Assembly (NCBI GenBank): GCA_017475705.1
Contig: JAFVFB010000032.1
Span: 4,971-68,970 of the forward strand
Direction: 5' to 3'
From: Alphaproteobacteria bacterium
GTDB lineage: Bacteria > Pseudomonadota > Alphaproteobacteria > RF32 > CAG-239
DNA length: 64,000 nt
In this document: positions 28,030 through 37,505 of the stretch, piece after piece
Layout: each line of letters begins with the position of its first letter
Position numbering within the stretch: position 1 is the stretch's first letter
Program-made: the position numbers and the translations under genes
The notes under the pieces: generated by a model
Databases searched by the model: none
What the model was told of the DNA's origin: nothing
The model's input: the letters and a program-made list of their open reading frames with translations, nothing else

Positions 28030-28038
28030 TGGTATACT
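28030..28038 (+). promoter_or_regulatory. Candidate extended -10 promoter (TGgTATACT) for the virB2-led operon
   Basis: TGGTATACT at 28030-28038, TGGAAA 17 nt upstream, and the GAGGAGGG RBS at 28053-28060 before the ATG at 28068. Confidence 0.3.
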
Positions 28039-28067
28039 AAAACCAATAATTAGAGGAGGGTATAGCT

Positions 28068-28397
28068 ATGTTTGGACTAACTAAAATAGAAACATATATC
28101 TTTCTGGCAGCATTAATAGTGGTAATCTGTATGCCAACAGACTGCTTTGCTGCATTTGAAACACTAAAAGAGACAGGTGGTAACATATTTAGAGGCCTGC
28201 GCAAAATCATTTATCCTGCATCAGCGATTGGTGTCATATGCGTTTGCATTGGCGGCTTTTTTGGTAATATAAATTGGAAGTGGCTGACGGCGGTTGTTGT
28301 CGGTTTAATCGTTATCACACTGTGCAGTGGTTTTATAGAAATGTTTGCAGCGACCAATATTCATCTTGATCAAACAGATACATTAAATGGTGGTTAA
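28068..28397 (+). CDS. VirB2/TrbC-like T4SS pilin
   Basis: 109 aa: a long signal peptide ending CFA-A, then two hydrophobic helices joined by a short loop (GGFFGNINWKW). Confidence 0.6.
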   Translation: MFGLTKIETYIFLAALIVVICMPTDCFAAFETLKETGGNIFRGLRKIIYPASAIGVICVCIGGFFGNINWKWLTAVVVGLIVITLCSGFIEMFAATNIHLDQTDTLNGG

Positions 28398-28408
28398 GGA
28401 GCAGAACA

Positions 28409-29044
28409 ATGAGAAACTTAAATAAAATATTATTGATGAGCATAATGTGCGTAGCTTGCCTGCTATTGTTCAGTTCAGATGCTTTTGCCGCTGGTAATTT
28501 TATGAGCGAAACAGCCTCCAAAATTACAACAACATTCAAAAAAACCAAAGGCATTATCTTAATTATCGGCGGTTTTGGTATAGTCGGCGTTACCTTCTTT
28601 GCAATTTTTGGTAAGATGAAATGGCCATGGCTAGCAGGTTTGTTAACGGGGTTAGCTGTTTTAGCCGCTACTGGTGCTCTCATTCACTATGCAACTGCGG
28701 GTGGTCATGCCCTAACAGAAGGCGGTGGTGGTAGTGATAATATTTTTGACTTTTTCTCAGGTCGTGCGCGAGATTTTGCCATAGGCTTACAAAACATTGC
28801 TTTCTGTCTTGGCGGTTTTGGAATTGTTATGTTCACTTTCCTAGCTATTTGTGGTAAAATCAATTTCAAACATTTGGGCTATATCTTTATTAGCTTATTC
28901 CTATTATCCGGCACAGGTTTGTTTATCAGTTATTGGACAGGTGGTCATGCAGATGGTCTTGGCCAATTAAAAGGTTTTGCCTCTCCTAAGAGTTTTACAG
29001 CAAATTCGGCCGGAGATACATTTAATAGCAGCCTTGGCCGCTAG
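28409..29044 (+). CDS. Tandem (duplicated) VirB2-like pilin fusion
   Basis: Signal peptide (AFA-AG) followed by two copies of the two-helix VirB2 module (IIGGFGIVGVTFFAIFGKMKWPWLAGLL... and CLGGFGIVMFTFLAICGKINFKHLGYIF...), joined by a Gly-rich linker. Confidence 0.55.
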   Translation: MRNLNKILLMSIMCVACLLLFSSDAFAAGNFMSETASKITTTFKKTKGIILIIGGFGIVGVTFFAIFGKMKWPWLAGLLTGLAVLAATGALIHYATAGGHALTEGGGGSDNIFDFFSGRARDFAIGLQNIAFCLGGFGIVMFTFLAICGKINFKHLGYIFISLFLLSGTGLFISYWTGGHADGLGQLKGFASPKSFTANSAGDTFNSSLGR

Positions 29045-29153
29045 TCATAAAGTCTATTTTATCCACAGGTTTATTGTTTAAATTTAAGAATTTAACTGTT
29101 TTGTAATAATTTTTAGCCTATAATATCACTCGAATATTATAGAGGGAAAGTCG

Positions 29154-29444
29154 ATGAGAGATATCATATTGAAAGCGGTAGCCAATCCTCCGAAGTTATT
29201 CTGGGGTCCGGTTTTGCCAGCAGCACTCAATGCCGGCATACAGATTCCGTTTATGTTTATGGCGATTGGTATCTGGCAGATAAATCCGCTTATTTTCATC
29301 ATTTCCATCGTTATCGGACATTTGATTGTTGTGGCATTAGGGAGCAAAGATCCGCACTTATCCGGAATGCTTCAAGCATTTGGTACAACCAATATGCCAT
29401 CAACAAATTTATATCGAGTGAAAGGGCGCAAATTTGAACCTTAA
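29154..29444 (+). CDS. VirB3-like T4SS inner-membrane protein
   Basis: 96 aa with the N-terminal PPKLFWGPV motif region, two TM helices and KDPHL. It sits directly upstream of VirB4 and overlaps it. Confidence 0.7.
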   Translation: MRDIILKAVANPPKLFWGPVLPAALNAGIQIPFMFMAIGIWQINPLIFIISIVIGHLIVVALGSKDPHLSGMLQAFGTTNMPSTNLYRVKGRKFEP

Positions 29445-31884
29445 TTTTGACTTTTATACGCTGTTTTTAACAGGTTTACAAAGTGCCGACGCATTAGTTG
29501 CCTTATTCGGTATAATCGCAGCTGCGGCCTTAATAGTTTCTTTAGTAACAAAAGTCGGTGCAAAAGTCTTACCGCAGCCGAGTGAATCGCGCGTAGCAGA
29601 TTTTTTACCTTTTAATAGTTTGCTATCAGATGGCGCCACGCTACGATGTGACAATGGTACATATGTCCGAGTATTCAAAGTCGAGGGTGTCGATTTAACA
29701 TCAGCCCGAGAAGAGACGATTCTCTCTATGTTTGAAGCTCGCAAAGCCTGGTTGGATAATATGGCAGATATGCAGGTCACCTGCCGCGTTATAACATTAA
29801 GAGAGCGAGTACCTGTATCGGGTAATAAAAGTGATTTTGGCAATAAGTGGTTGAAAATTGTGGATGATACTTGGCGCCAGAGCTTAAACCGTGTATACAA
29901 AAATGACCACTATATAGTATTATCTATCGAAGACCGTAAAGATGCCGTTAAAGATTTGAACTATGCCTCGCAGTCTGTATTAGCCAATTTAAATGACTAT
30001 GGTATTAAAGTTATGCATGAAGATGAAGACAGTCCTGCCGAACTCAGCCCTGTATATCCCTTTGTTCGCACCTTAAATCCGATAAGTAAACCCACACCAA
30101 AAGTAAGAAATACCCAAGGTTTTCAACTCAAAGAAATGTTAACAGCAGATGGCATACATTTTACTGGTGAAGAAGGGGTTATCAAATACTTTTCTGGCGG
30201 CAAAGAAAAATATGCCCTAACAATGGGAATACGAAATTCCGGTGATTATATGGATGAAAGTATGATATCATCATTGTTGGCAATAGATTGCGAATTAACA
30301 GTTCTGCATAACATTCATCCGATATTTAAGCCCAAAGCACGTATGATTTTAGTTCAACAACAAAAGATGGCAGAAGTAACCAATTTCTCTGGTGATGTTG
30401 TGCAGCAATATAGCGAAGCACTAGCTTCAATAGAAGATAGTGATACCGACCACCAGTCATTGGTAGAATATTCCATGAGTTTCATCGTCAAAGGCGATAC
30501 GATGAAAGAAATAGAGTTCGGCGAGAGTGAGATACAGCGTATTTGCCGTTTATACAGTGTTACGCCTGTCCGCGAAAATTGGATTGCTCAGGCTACTTTC
30601 TTCAATCAATTTCCAGGTTTTGATAAATGTGGTCGTACCTATTTTTATTTATCGCGCGTTGTCTCATTAGCAGTTAGTTTTGAACAATTATCGACAGGGT
30701 TACCACGTAGTGACTGGGGCGAAGGCCCAATAACAGTTTTTAGGACGATGAGTGGTTCGCCATATCGTTTTCAATTTCACATTTCAGCAGAAGAATCAGC
30801 CGTTGCACACTGTTGCATCATCGGTCCGACTGGGCAAGGTAAAACAACCTTATTAACATTTTTAGCAGGCCAAGCAATGCGTCATAGCGATTTAAAAGTA
30901 TACTTTTTTGATCGTCACCGTGGTGCAGAGATTTTTACGCATATGGCAAAAGGTAAGTATGTAGGGTTTAGCGGGGAGCGTAAAAATGTATCCTTAAATC
31001 CATTTGATAGCCGCGATACCCAAAGCAACCGAGCTTTCCTAAAAAATTGGTTAAAGTCAATAACCATGGCTAAAGATGCACTTTCAGAGCGTGAGGCTGC
31101 ACGAGCGGTAACAACCGCCTTTGAATATCTGCGCCCGGAAGAACGTGTTTTAACCAATTTATACAAAAGTTGTTTCTCACCAACCGGAGTAATGCGTCGG
31201 GAACTATATCGTTGGGTAAACCCGGATCAATATGGTAATATTTTTAATGCCGAGCACGATAGTCTGGATTTATCAACTAACAGATTTGTTGCCTTTGATT
31301 TTACAGAGATATTTGATGATGATGTTTTAGCAGCAGCATCTATTAGTTACATTATGCACCGCATACATGCCGAAAGCACAGAAACCGGCAATCCAGCCTT
31401 AGTAATGATTGATGAAACTGCTCCAATGCTAAAGCATGAAATGTTTCGAGATGCCTTTATAAAGGGGTTGCAAGAAGGCCGTAAAAAACGTCAAGCATAT
31501 TTATGTGCGTTTCAACAGCCAAATATCATAGACACACTGGGTGTCGGTGATGCTATACGCGGTCAATGCAAAACTATGATTTTCTTTAGAAACACTCAAG
31601 CCACACCAGAATCATATGAAAAATGGAATTTAACAGACAGCGAATATGATTTCATAAGTGGCAAAATTTATCGCGACTTTCCTTATGCAATATTATTAAA
31701 GCGTCCGGATGCCGATGATGGTAAGGGTGAGTCAGTTATATTAGATGTTAACCTAAGTGCACTCGGACCGTATCTAAAACTATACAACTCAGGCATAAAG
31801 AATGTATTACTCGTAGAAAGTCTGGTCAAAGAGTTTGGTGAAGATGCATTCGTAATAAAGTATTTAGAGAGTTTTGGCGGCTGA
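29434..31884 (+). CDS. VirB4-family T4SS ATPase (apparent TTG start)
   Basis: 816 aa. Walker A GPTGQGKTTLL, Walker B ALVMIDETAP. The N-terminal part resembles VirB4 (LRCDNGTYVRVFKVEGVDL). Confidence 0.9.
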   Translation: MNLNFDFYTLFLTGLQSADALVALFGIIAAAALIVSLVTKVGAKVLPQPSESRVADFLPFNSLLSDGATLRCDNGTYVRVFKVEGVDLTSAREETILSMFEARKAWLDNMADMQVTCRVITLRERVPVSGNKSDFGNKWLKIVDDTWRQSLNRVYKNDHYIVLSIEDRKDAVKDLNYASQSVLANLNDYGIKVMHEDEDSPAELSPVYPFVRTLNPISKPTPKVRNTQGFQLKEMLTADGIHFTGEEGVIKYFSGGKEKYALTMGIRNSGDYMDESMISSLLAIDCELTVLHNIHPIFKPKARMILVQQQKMAEVTNFSGDVVQQYSEALASIEDSDTDHQSLVEYSMSFIVKGDTMKEIEFGESEIQRICRLYSVTPVRENWIAQATFFNQFPGFDKCGRTYFYLSRVVSLAVSFEQLSTGLPRSDWGEGPITVFRTMSGSPYRFQFHISAEESAVAHCCIIGPTGQGKTTLLTFLAGQAMRHSDLKVYFFDRHRGAEIFTHMAKGKYVGFSGERKNVSLNPFDSRDTQSNRAFLKNWLKSITMAKDALSEREAARAVTTAFEYLRPEERVLTNLYKSCFSPTGVMRRELYRWVNPDQYGNIFNAEHDSLDLSTNRFVAFDFTEIFDDDVLAAASISYIMHRIHAESTETGNPALVMIDETAPMLKHEMFRDAFIKGLQEGRKKRQAYLCAFQQPNIIDTLGVGDAIRGQCKTMIFFRNTQATPESYEKWNLTDSEYDFISGKIYRDFPYAILLKRPDADDGKGESVILDVNLSALGPYLKLYNSGIKNVLLVESLVKEFGEDAFVIKYLESFGG

Positions 31885-31959
31885 AAAACGTTGACAAAAT
31901 CTAAAAAAAATGGTACACTAAAATAAGCTAAAAGTATTATTCTAAGCAGGAGAAATATT

Positions 31960-33099
31960 ATGAAGATACGCAAGCAATATGTTGTCATTTTATTTTATTA
32001 TATATTGCTCATCGCGGCACCGGCACAGGCACAAATACCGGTCAGCAATTTTATTGAAAAAATTTCGACTTCTGCCCAACTCACAACTACCAGTAAAGCC
32101 TTAGTAAATATCAAAGAACAACTGACACAGCTTGCAGAAGGGCTAAGAAGCTTAGGTATTGGTGGACCAACAATTGCAATGTTTCAAAAAAATCTCAAAG
32201 GTATAAATCAAAAAATAAAAAAACTGAGTTCTCTTACTTCAGCCAACATCGTATCTTCTTTAACCGGCAATATAAATATTCAAAAAAGTGTAACGGATTC
32301 TCTTAAAGACATTACTTCCAAACAAAACATTCTTTCTGGCCAATTGGTTAGCCAGGTTGAATCAAGCTTAAATATCAGCAAAAACATCAGCAAAGCGACT
32401 GGAAATATCCAAAAAACAATTACTCAAGGCCTAAACAAAGAAATAAATAGTGGTATTTCCTCATTTTCTTCCAGTTTTAAAGACAGCTTTAACAAAAATC
32501 TTACAGTTGAAGAAGAGGAGGAGGAAGAAGAAATTGCTCTCAAAGATGCTCAAGAGGATGTGCAATATATATTTGAAAGCATAAAAGCAGAAAGTGCCCA
32601 GTTGACAACAGAATTAAACGATTCGCTAGATGAGGCTCTGAGCATACTCAATCTCGGAGCAGATTTAAACAATAAGCAACTGCAAGCACTAAAAAGTGCC
32701 TTGCAAGAGTGGCAGATACCCAATAGTCAGCAACAGAAAGAAGCTCTTGAACAACGCTTATCCGCATTAATACAAAGAGAGCAAAACGCATCAGATTGGG
32801 GGGCCAGAATCATAGAAAGTGCTAAAAACCGCTATAATCAAGAATATCAAGACAAAATCAAAGAAGGCATCAACAGCTATGAAAAAGTTGTCCAAGCATA
32901 TCTATCAGGAAGAGTAGAGCAGCAAGAAGTTATTGCCGCTGGAGAAAACCTAAAAAGAGAGATTTCTCAAATCGATGTTATACCAGACGCAACCGTTATA
33001 GCAAACTATACCAAAGAGCTGGATTCAATAAAGGCAGAAATAGAAGTCCTTACTCAAGATATAGAACAACTAACCAATCATAAAAAAAATAAAATTTAA
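31960..33099 (+). CDS. Secreted coiled-coil protein (possibly VirB5/TrbJ-like)
   Basis: Signal peptide ending AQA-QIPV, then Gln/Ser/Lys-rich helical sequence including an E8 run. No TM helix. Confidence 0.4.
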   Translation: MKIRKQYVVILFYYILLIAAPAQAQIPVSNFIEKISTSAQLTTTSKALVNIKEQLTQLAEGLRSLGIGGPTIAMFQKNLKGINQKIKKLSSLTSANIVSSLTGNINIQKSVTDSLKDITSKQNILSGQLVSQVESSLNISKNISKATGNIQKTITQGLNKEINSGISSFSSSFKDSFNKNLTVEEEEEEEEIALKDAQEDVQYIFESIKAESAQLTTELNDSLDEALSILNLGADLNNKQLQALKSALQEWQIPNSQQQKEALEQRLSALIQREQNASDWGARIIESAKNRYNQEYQDKIKEGINSYEKVVQAYLSGRVEQQEVIAAGENLKREISQIDVIPDATVIANYTKELDSIKAEIEVLTQDIEQLTNHKKNKI

Positions 33100-33154
33100 G
33101 GAAACAGCAACAATTTATAGCTAAAAATGTAAGAGATTATTAGGGAGGACCGAG

Positions 33155-35410
33155 ATGAAAAATAAAAGCAAAAAAAATATATTGATAGCAGCGGTGGTCG
33201 CATGCATCACAACGATGTCATCGGTTCCTGCGCATGCCTATTTATGGTTCACAATAGATTTAACGCAGATTCCCTCAATTATCAGTAACGTCAGCAATGG
33301 TATATCAAAAAGTATCGCAGCTGTTTCTCAAAACAGCAATTTATTGCAAACCATCCAGTCAATAGGTGATCAGGTTAGCGTTGTTGCTAAATACGCAAAA
33401 GAAATCAAAGGAACAATTCCCAAAATACAATCAGAAGTTTTCAAAACAATCGTTGCTGTTAAAGATACAACCTCAGATGTCGAAGATGTATTAAAGATTT
33501 TGTCTTTAGAAAAAGAGAACACAGCAAAAGAAGAAAAACAAGTGGTAGATAGTGCCGTATCCGCAACAGAAAAAATGATAGACGCAGGTGTTACAGAAGA
33601 TTCTGTACAAGACAATTTAAATCAAACCAAAGAAACACTCACAGAAATTAACACAGAACTATTGAACTCTTTGCAAAAGTCAAAAGAAACCATCACAGAT
33701 TCCACAACAAAATCTAAGGGACAGATGGCAGATTTGCAAAAGTCTGTTGATGAAGTTAAAGATTTAGATGAACTGGTAAAGAAAGGCATAGAGAAAAATA
33801 TCTCAACGCTGGATAATCAAATAAAAGATGTCGCAGTACAGGCCGAAGAGGTAATAGAAGCAGAACACACAGCTCAAACTGAGTCTTTATCCCAAAAATT
33901 GGATAGCCTCTCAAATTATGGTCGTGACGTTAGCAAATATTTTGAGGGGAGTATCAATAGAGCAGATTTATCAGCATCAGGCCAAAAGCTAAAGGAAGAT
34001 ATTCACAGTAAGCAACTGTCGCCAGATAGCTTATCATTTACACCGATAAAAGAAAAAATTCTTAAAATAAATGATGATGCAAATATCTTGCAAGAGCGCA
34101 TATTAGATGATATCGCTAACGACAAAGATTATATAGAGGATTTGCCTCAATTAGAAAAAGACAGCTGGTTGCATCAACCTCAAAATTTTCAATTGTCTTT
34201 TAATAAACATACCGAAACCTCTCATATATACTTAAAGGGATATTATGCTAATGGTGATGATGAAGATGGTAGCTTCTTAATTCCAGATGAATTAATTGGT
34301 GCTAGAGCAACCCAAAATCCATCAGACCATTGTAGCCAATTAAGTTTTGATGACCTCGGGGCAGATAAAGATGTTAATAAGTTTATAGATAATTTAAGAG
34401 ATTGCATCGTCCATGCCAAAACAGAAAAAGAATATTTTTGCCCCAATGAAATGGATTTAAACAAATGTGAGCCGTTTGCCATAGAACCAAAATTTGCCGC
34501 CTATAAAGATGAAGGTGTCTATAAGCATTTACTGGAAGACTATAGCATTGCTAATATCAATAACATTAGCAAAAGCAAGCAATATGCCTCATCTTGGCTT
34601 AATCTGGAAATGGATAATTCGACCCTCAAAGTTTTAACCGATCAATTAGAAGATTCTAAAGTGAATCGTATAGTTGATGCCTATGCACTGCTAGGTCTAA
34701 TAGATTTAGAAGCAACCACACTATGGAGCAATATTCGCCGTATAGACGCGCTTCAACGTTCAAAGGATATCATAAACACGTTTCATCAGCAAGAAGCGTT
34801 ATATCTTGATGGAAGAGACAGCGACTTCGCAGCCGCACAGAACTCTGCCCCTGGTATAGTGGAAGAAAACAATGTCATGTCCAACGTAATATTATATAAA
34901 TGCGGCCTAAACGGAAAAGACATTTCACTAGCTCCGCAAGATAAAGACGATGAAGCAAAAGTCATACAGGCCGAAGAAAACATAAAAAAATGCTTGTTGC
35001 TATATGCCGAGGGCGCAGATAGAGGGACGACAGACGGCAGGTTGCAAGGATACAGCAGCGAAGAAAAAGCACGCGATGCTTGGCGTATAAATAAGAGCCG
35101 TGCGCTCATGGATAGTTTATATAACACCTTTGCTTTATCTGTTATCAATAATTACAAATCAAGTTTAGACTATAAAGATATGAACAGTGATGAAGGCACC
35201 AATCCGGTTACCTTGCAGGAAGATCAGCGAGATGTCCAAACGGCACGCCTCAATTATGCCGCTGGCGCGCATATAAATCACTATACCACCAAACAGCTAT
35301 TAAGCATCATAGATGCGGACGCTCAGCAGCTGCAAAGCGATATATTGCTGGATTTGCGGACGATAAATTATGATTTCTTTGGCGATATGAGTAAGCAAGG
35401 AGGAAATTAA
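33155..35410 (+). CDS. Secreted 751-aa hypothetical protein
   Basis: Signal peptide ending AHA, an N-terminal helical region, a central Cys-containing region, and no TM helix. RBS GGGAGG upstream. Confidence 0.5.
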   Translation: MKNKSKKNILIAAVVACITTMSSVPAHAYLWFTIDLTQIPSIISNVSNGISKSIAAVSQNSNLLQTIQSIGDQVSVVAKYAKEIKGTIPKIQSEVFKTIVAVKDTTSDVEDVLKILSLEKENTAKEEKQVVDSAVSATEKMIDAGVTEDSVQDNLNQTKETLTEINTELLNSLQKSKETITDSTTKSKGQMADLQKSVDEVKDLDELVKKGIEKNISTLDNQIKDVAVQAEEVIEAEHTAQTESLSQKLDSLSNYGRDVSKYFEGSINRADLSASGQKLKEDIHSKQLSPDSLSFTPIKEKILKINDDANILQERILDDIANDKDYIEDLPQLEKDSWLHQPQNFQLSFNKHTETSHIYLKGYYANGDDEDGSFLIPDELIGARATQNPSDHCSQLSFDDLGADKDVNKFIDNLRDCIVHAKTEKEYFCPNEMDLNKCEPFAIEPKFAAYKDEGVYKHLLEDYSIANINNISKSKQYASSWLNLEMDNSTLKVLTDQLEDSKVNRIVDAYALLGLIDLEATTLWSNIRRIDALQRSKDIINTFHQQEALYLDGRDSDFAAAQNSAPGIVEENNVMSNVILYKCGLNGKDISLAPQDKDDEAKVIQAEENIKKCLLLYAEGADRGTTDGRLQGYSSEEKARDAWRINKSRALMDSLYNTFALSVINNYKSSLDYKDMNSDEGTNPVTLQEDQRDVQTARLNYAAGAHINHYTTKQLLSIIDADAQQLQSDILLDLRTINYDFFGDMSKQGGN

Positions 35411-36114
35411 TGAAAAAGAATATTTGTTTAAGCTTATTATTTTCTTTGGTTTTGCTTGCTAAGCCAGCGCATGCAATTATTGAGTTTCCCTCAATAGCTA
35501 TTTCAGCTCAGGAGTTGAAAGATGTTATTGTTATGCAAGTAGAAGAGTTAATAAGAAAAAAAGTCATGACTAATAGCACCTTAAAAAATGGTTTTGGGAT
35601 TGCCGCCAGTTGTTTTAAAAATCCGGCAAATTGCAATTTGAGCAACCTGACTTCACTGATGCAAAATGGAATAACACGAATTAATAAATTCGCAGTCATG
35701 CCAGGTGTTCCGGCGTTAGCAAGTGGAGATATAACCAAAATAGGTAGTGAAACCTTAGAACAAGCCATCAAAGATGGATATGTCTACACCCAAGGCAAAG
35801 AGAGCTTAAAGCGAGTAAGAGAAAACCGTGACAACGTCAATTCCGTAATAGCAAATGATGCCTCAACACTATTTGCTAAAGGCGCAACAACCAAACTTAG
35901 CATACAGCAAGAAGATAGCACAGAGTTATACCCAGATCCCAGCAACAAAAATAATATGGAAGAGATTTTGTACGTACATAACCGTGCCGGTCTTTTAACA
36001 GAAAGTCGCTTAGCTCATATTCTAGAGCTCAGAGCATATATGGTAGGTGGCCAAGCCACAGCAGAATTAACCACGCAAAGCACAAAGCCGGAAGATAATA
36101 AGGACGGTAACTAA
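35410..36114 (+). CDS. Secreted 234-aa hypothetical protein (VirB5-sized)
   Basis: Signal peptide ending AHA-II, TAATG coupling to the upstream gene, and helical character. Confidence 0.45.
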   Translation: MKKNICLSLLFSLVLLAKPAHAIIEFPSIAISAQELKDVIVMQVEELIRKKVMTNSTLKNGFGIAASCFKNPANCNLSNLTSLMQNGITRINKFAVMPGVPALASGDITKIGSETLEQAIKDGYVYTQGKESLKRVRENRDNVNSVIANDASTLFAKGATTKLSIQQEDSTELYPDPSNKNNMEEILYVHNRAGLLTESRLAHILELRAYMVGGQATAELTTQSTKPEDNKDGN

Positions 36115-36130
36115 AACTAGGGGACGCAAG

Positions 36131-37495
36131 ATGAAGAAAACACTGATATACATATTGATAGCAATACTATTAGCAAGCGGTGTCACAAAATCTGCTCATG
36201 CGTTGATTATTGATACACCACAAGCGCAAAGTGTTGTCAGTCGCTATGTTAATATGCTTAAAGAAATGGCTCTAAAGCGTGTCCAGCAAACAATCCAAAC
36301 CAAACTAATGTCCATTCAAGGGTTTGATACCAGATTTGCCCAAAGCATTGCCAAAAAATATTATAAAAAAGGTTCTTCACTACTCACGTCAAAAACAAAT
36401 AATCTGGTAGAAGGCACTAAAAAGAAAAAAATAGCTGAAAATCAGCAAAATGCAGACAACTATAGAGAGGCAGCCGCAACTTTATATTCAGAAAAGCTCA
36501 AATACATCATGTCTGATAAGGCAGAAATAGAGGGTGACCTTACCTCAGAAAAAGCTCAAAAAGCACAAAAGGAGGCCGAGTGTGCACGCCTAGAGCAAGA
36601 ATATCAAACCTCAGCCGCAGAAGGTTTTGCAAAATCAGAATTATTAACGGCAGCAGCAGAATGCAGATCACTGGTAACAGAGCTTGAAAACACCATCAAA
36701 GAACGAGAGCAGCAACTTACTGTCTATGATGAAGTCATTAAAGAAAACGAAAAGAAATTAGAAGAGGCTTCCGCTGGAGATGCTATAGACCAAGCAAATC
36801 AAAATCGTATTGATTTATTAAGCCAAGATGAGGAAGAAAAAAATACTAAAACTACACCAGAAGATGGAAATATTCTCAAAGATGCCGAATGGGATACAGA
36901 TAAAGCGTTAGACGTATATCAAATAGATGAAGAAGAATACCAAGCGTTTATGAAAAATTATTTTTATGATCCCTCGGTTCTAGCATCAAGTAGCAAATCA
37001 TCTTCAGCAGATATTCAATCAAGCCGTGCTCAGTACGAAAATAGCATAAATCGCATCAATCGCAATCGCCGTTATTTATTTATAAATACAGCAGTGCACC
37101 TCATGCAGGTTGCAACAACAATTCGTAGAGAGCTTCCCCTTCGTTCACAAGCGGCAGACGATATTTTTCAAGGCCTCAGCAGTGATAGTGAGTTAGATGC
37201 GCTTGTCTCATATTCCAATACGCGCATAGAAAATGCCAAAGCCCTATTGTTATACGCTAAATTGCTTAGTGCTAAGATACAATATCTTGCAGCACGTGAG
37301 CTATTAAATACAGATATCAAAAAAGAATTGGTTGATGAAAATGGTAAAGAAAAGAGCTATAGTGCATTTGACATCAACAAGTATATCCTAACCGAAGAAT
37401 ATATCAAAAAGATGATAAAAGAGGCAAATGAGACATTTAATACCAACATCAATGTCAAAAGAGATTTAAAATTTGATTTTAGGCCAAAGGAATAA
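36131..37495 (+). CDS. Secreted 454-aa coiled-coil protein
   Basis: Signal peptide ending AHA-LI, then long charged helical stretches. Confidence 0.5.
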   Translation: MKKTLIYILIAILLASGVTKSAHALIIDTPQAQSVVSRYVNMLKEMALKRVQQTIQTKLMSIQGFDTRFAQSIAKKYYKKGSSLLTSKTNNLVEGTKKKKIAENQQNADNYREAAATLYSEKLKYIMSDKAEIEGDLTSEKAQKAQKEAECARLEQEYQTSAAEGFAKSELLTAAAECRSLVTELENTIKEREQQLTVYDEVIKENEKKLEEASAGDAIDQANQNRIDLLSQDEEEKNTKTTPEDGNILKDAEWDTDKALDVYQIDEEEYQAFMKNYFYDPSVLASSSKSSSADIQSSRAQYENSINRINRNRRYLFINTAVHLMQVATTIRRELPLRSQAADDIFQGLSSDSELDALVSYSNTRIENAKALLLYAKLLSAKIQYLAARELLNTDIKKELVDENGKEKSYSAFDINKYILTEEYIKKMIKEANETFNTNINVKRDLKFDFRPKE

Positions 37496-37505
37496 GGAGG
37501 CTGTC

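Noticed and set aside
29059-29067. A perfect consensus DnaA box, TTATCCACA, lies in the spacer between the tandem virB2 gene and virB3.
   Set aside because: It is a single isolated 9-mer, and roughly one chance occurrence is expected in 64 kb on two strands. There is no cluster of boxes, no AT-rich unwinding element context and no dnaA nearby.
32505-32535. A GAA/GAG run encoding EEEEEEEE in the 379-aa secreted protein, as a possible slippage or phase-variation tract.
   Set aside because: The codons are mixed (gaa gaa gag gag gag gaa gaa gaa) rather than a pure homopolymer or simple repeat. It is short, and any slippage would be in-frame with little effect.
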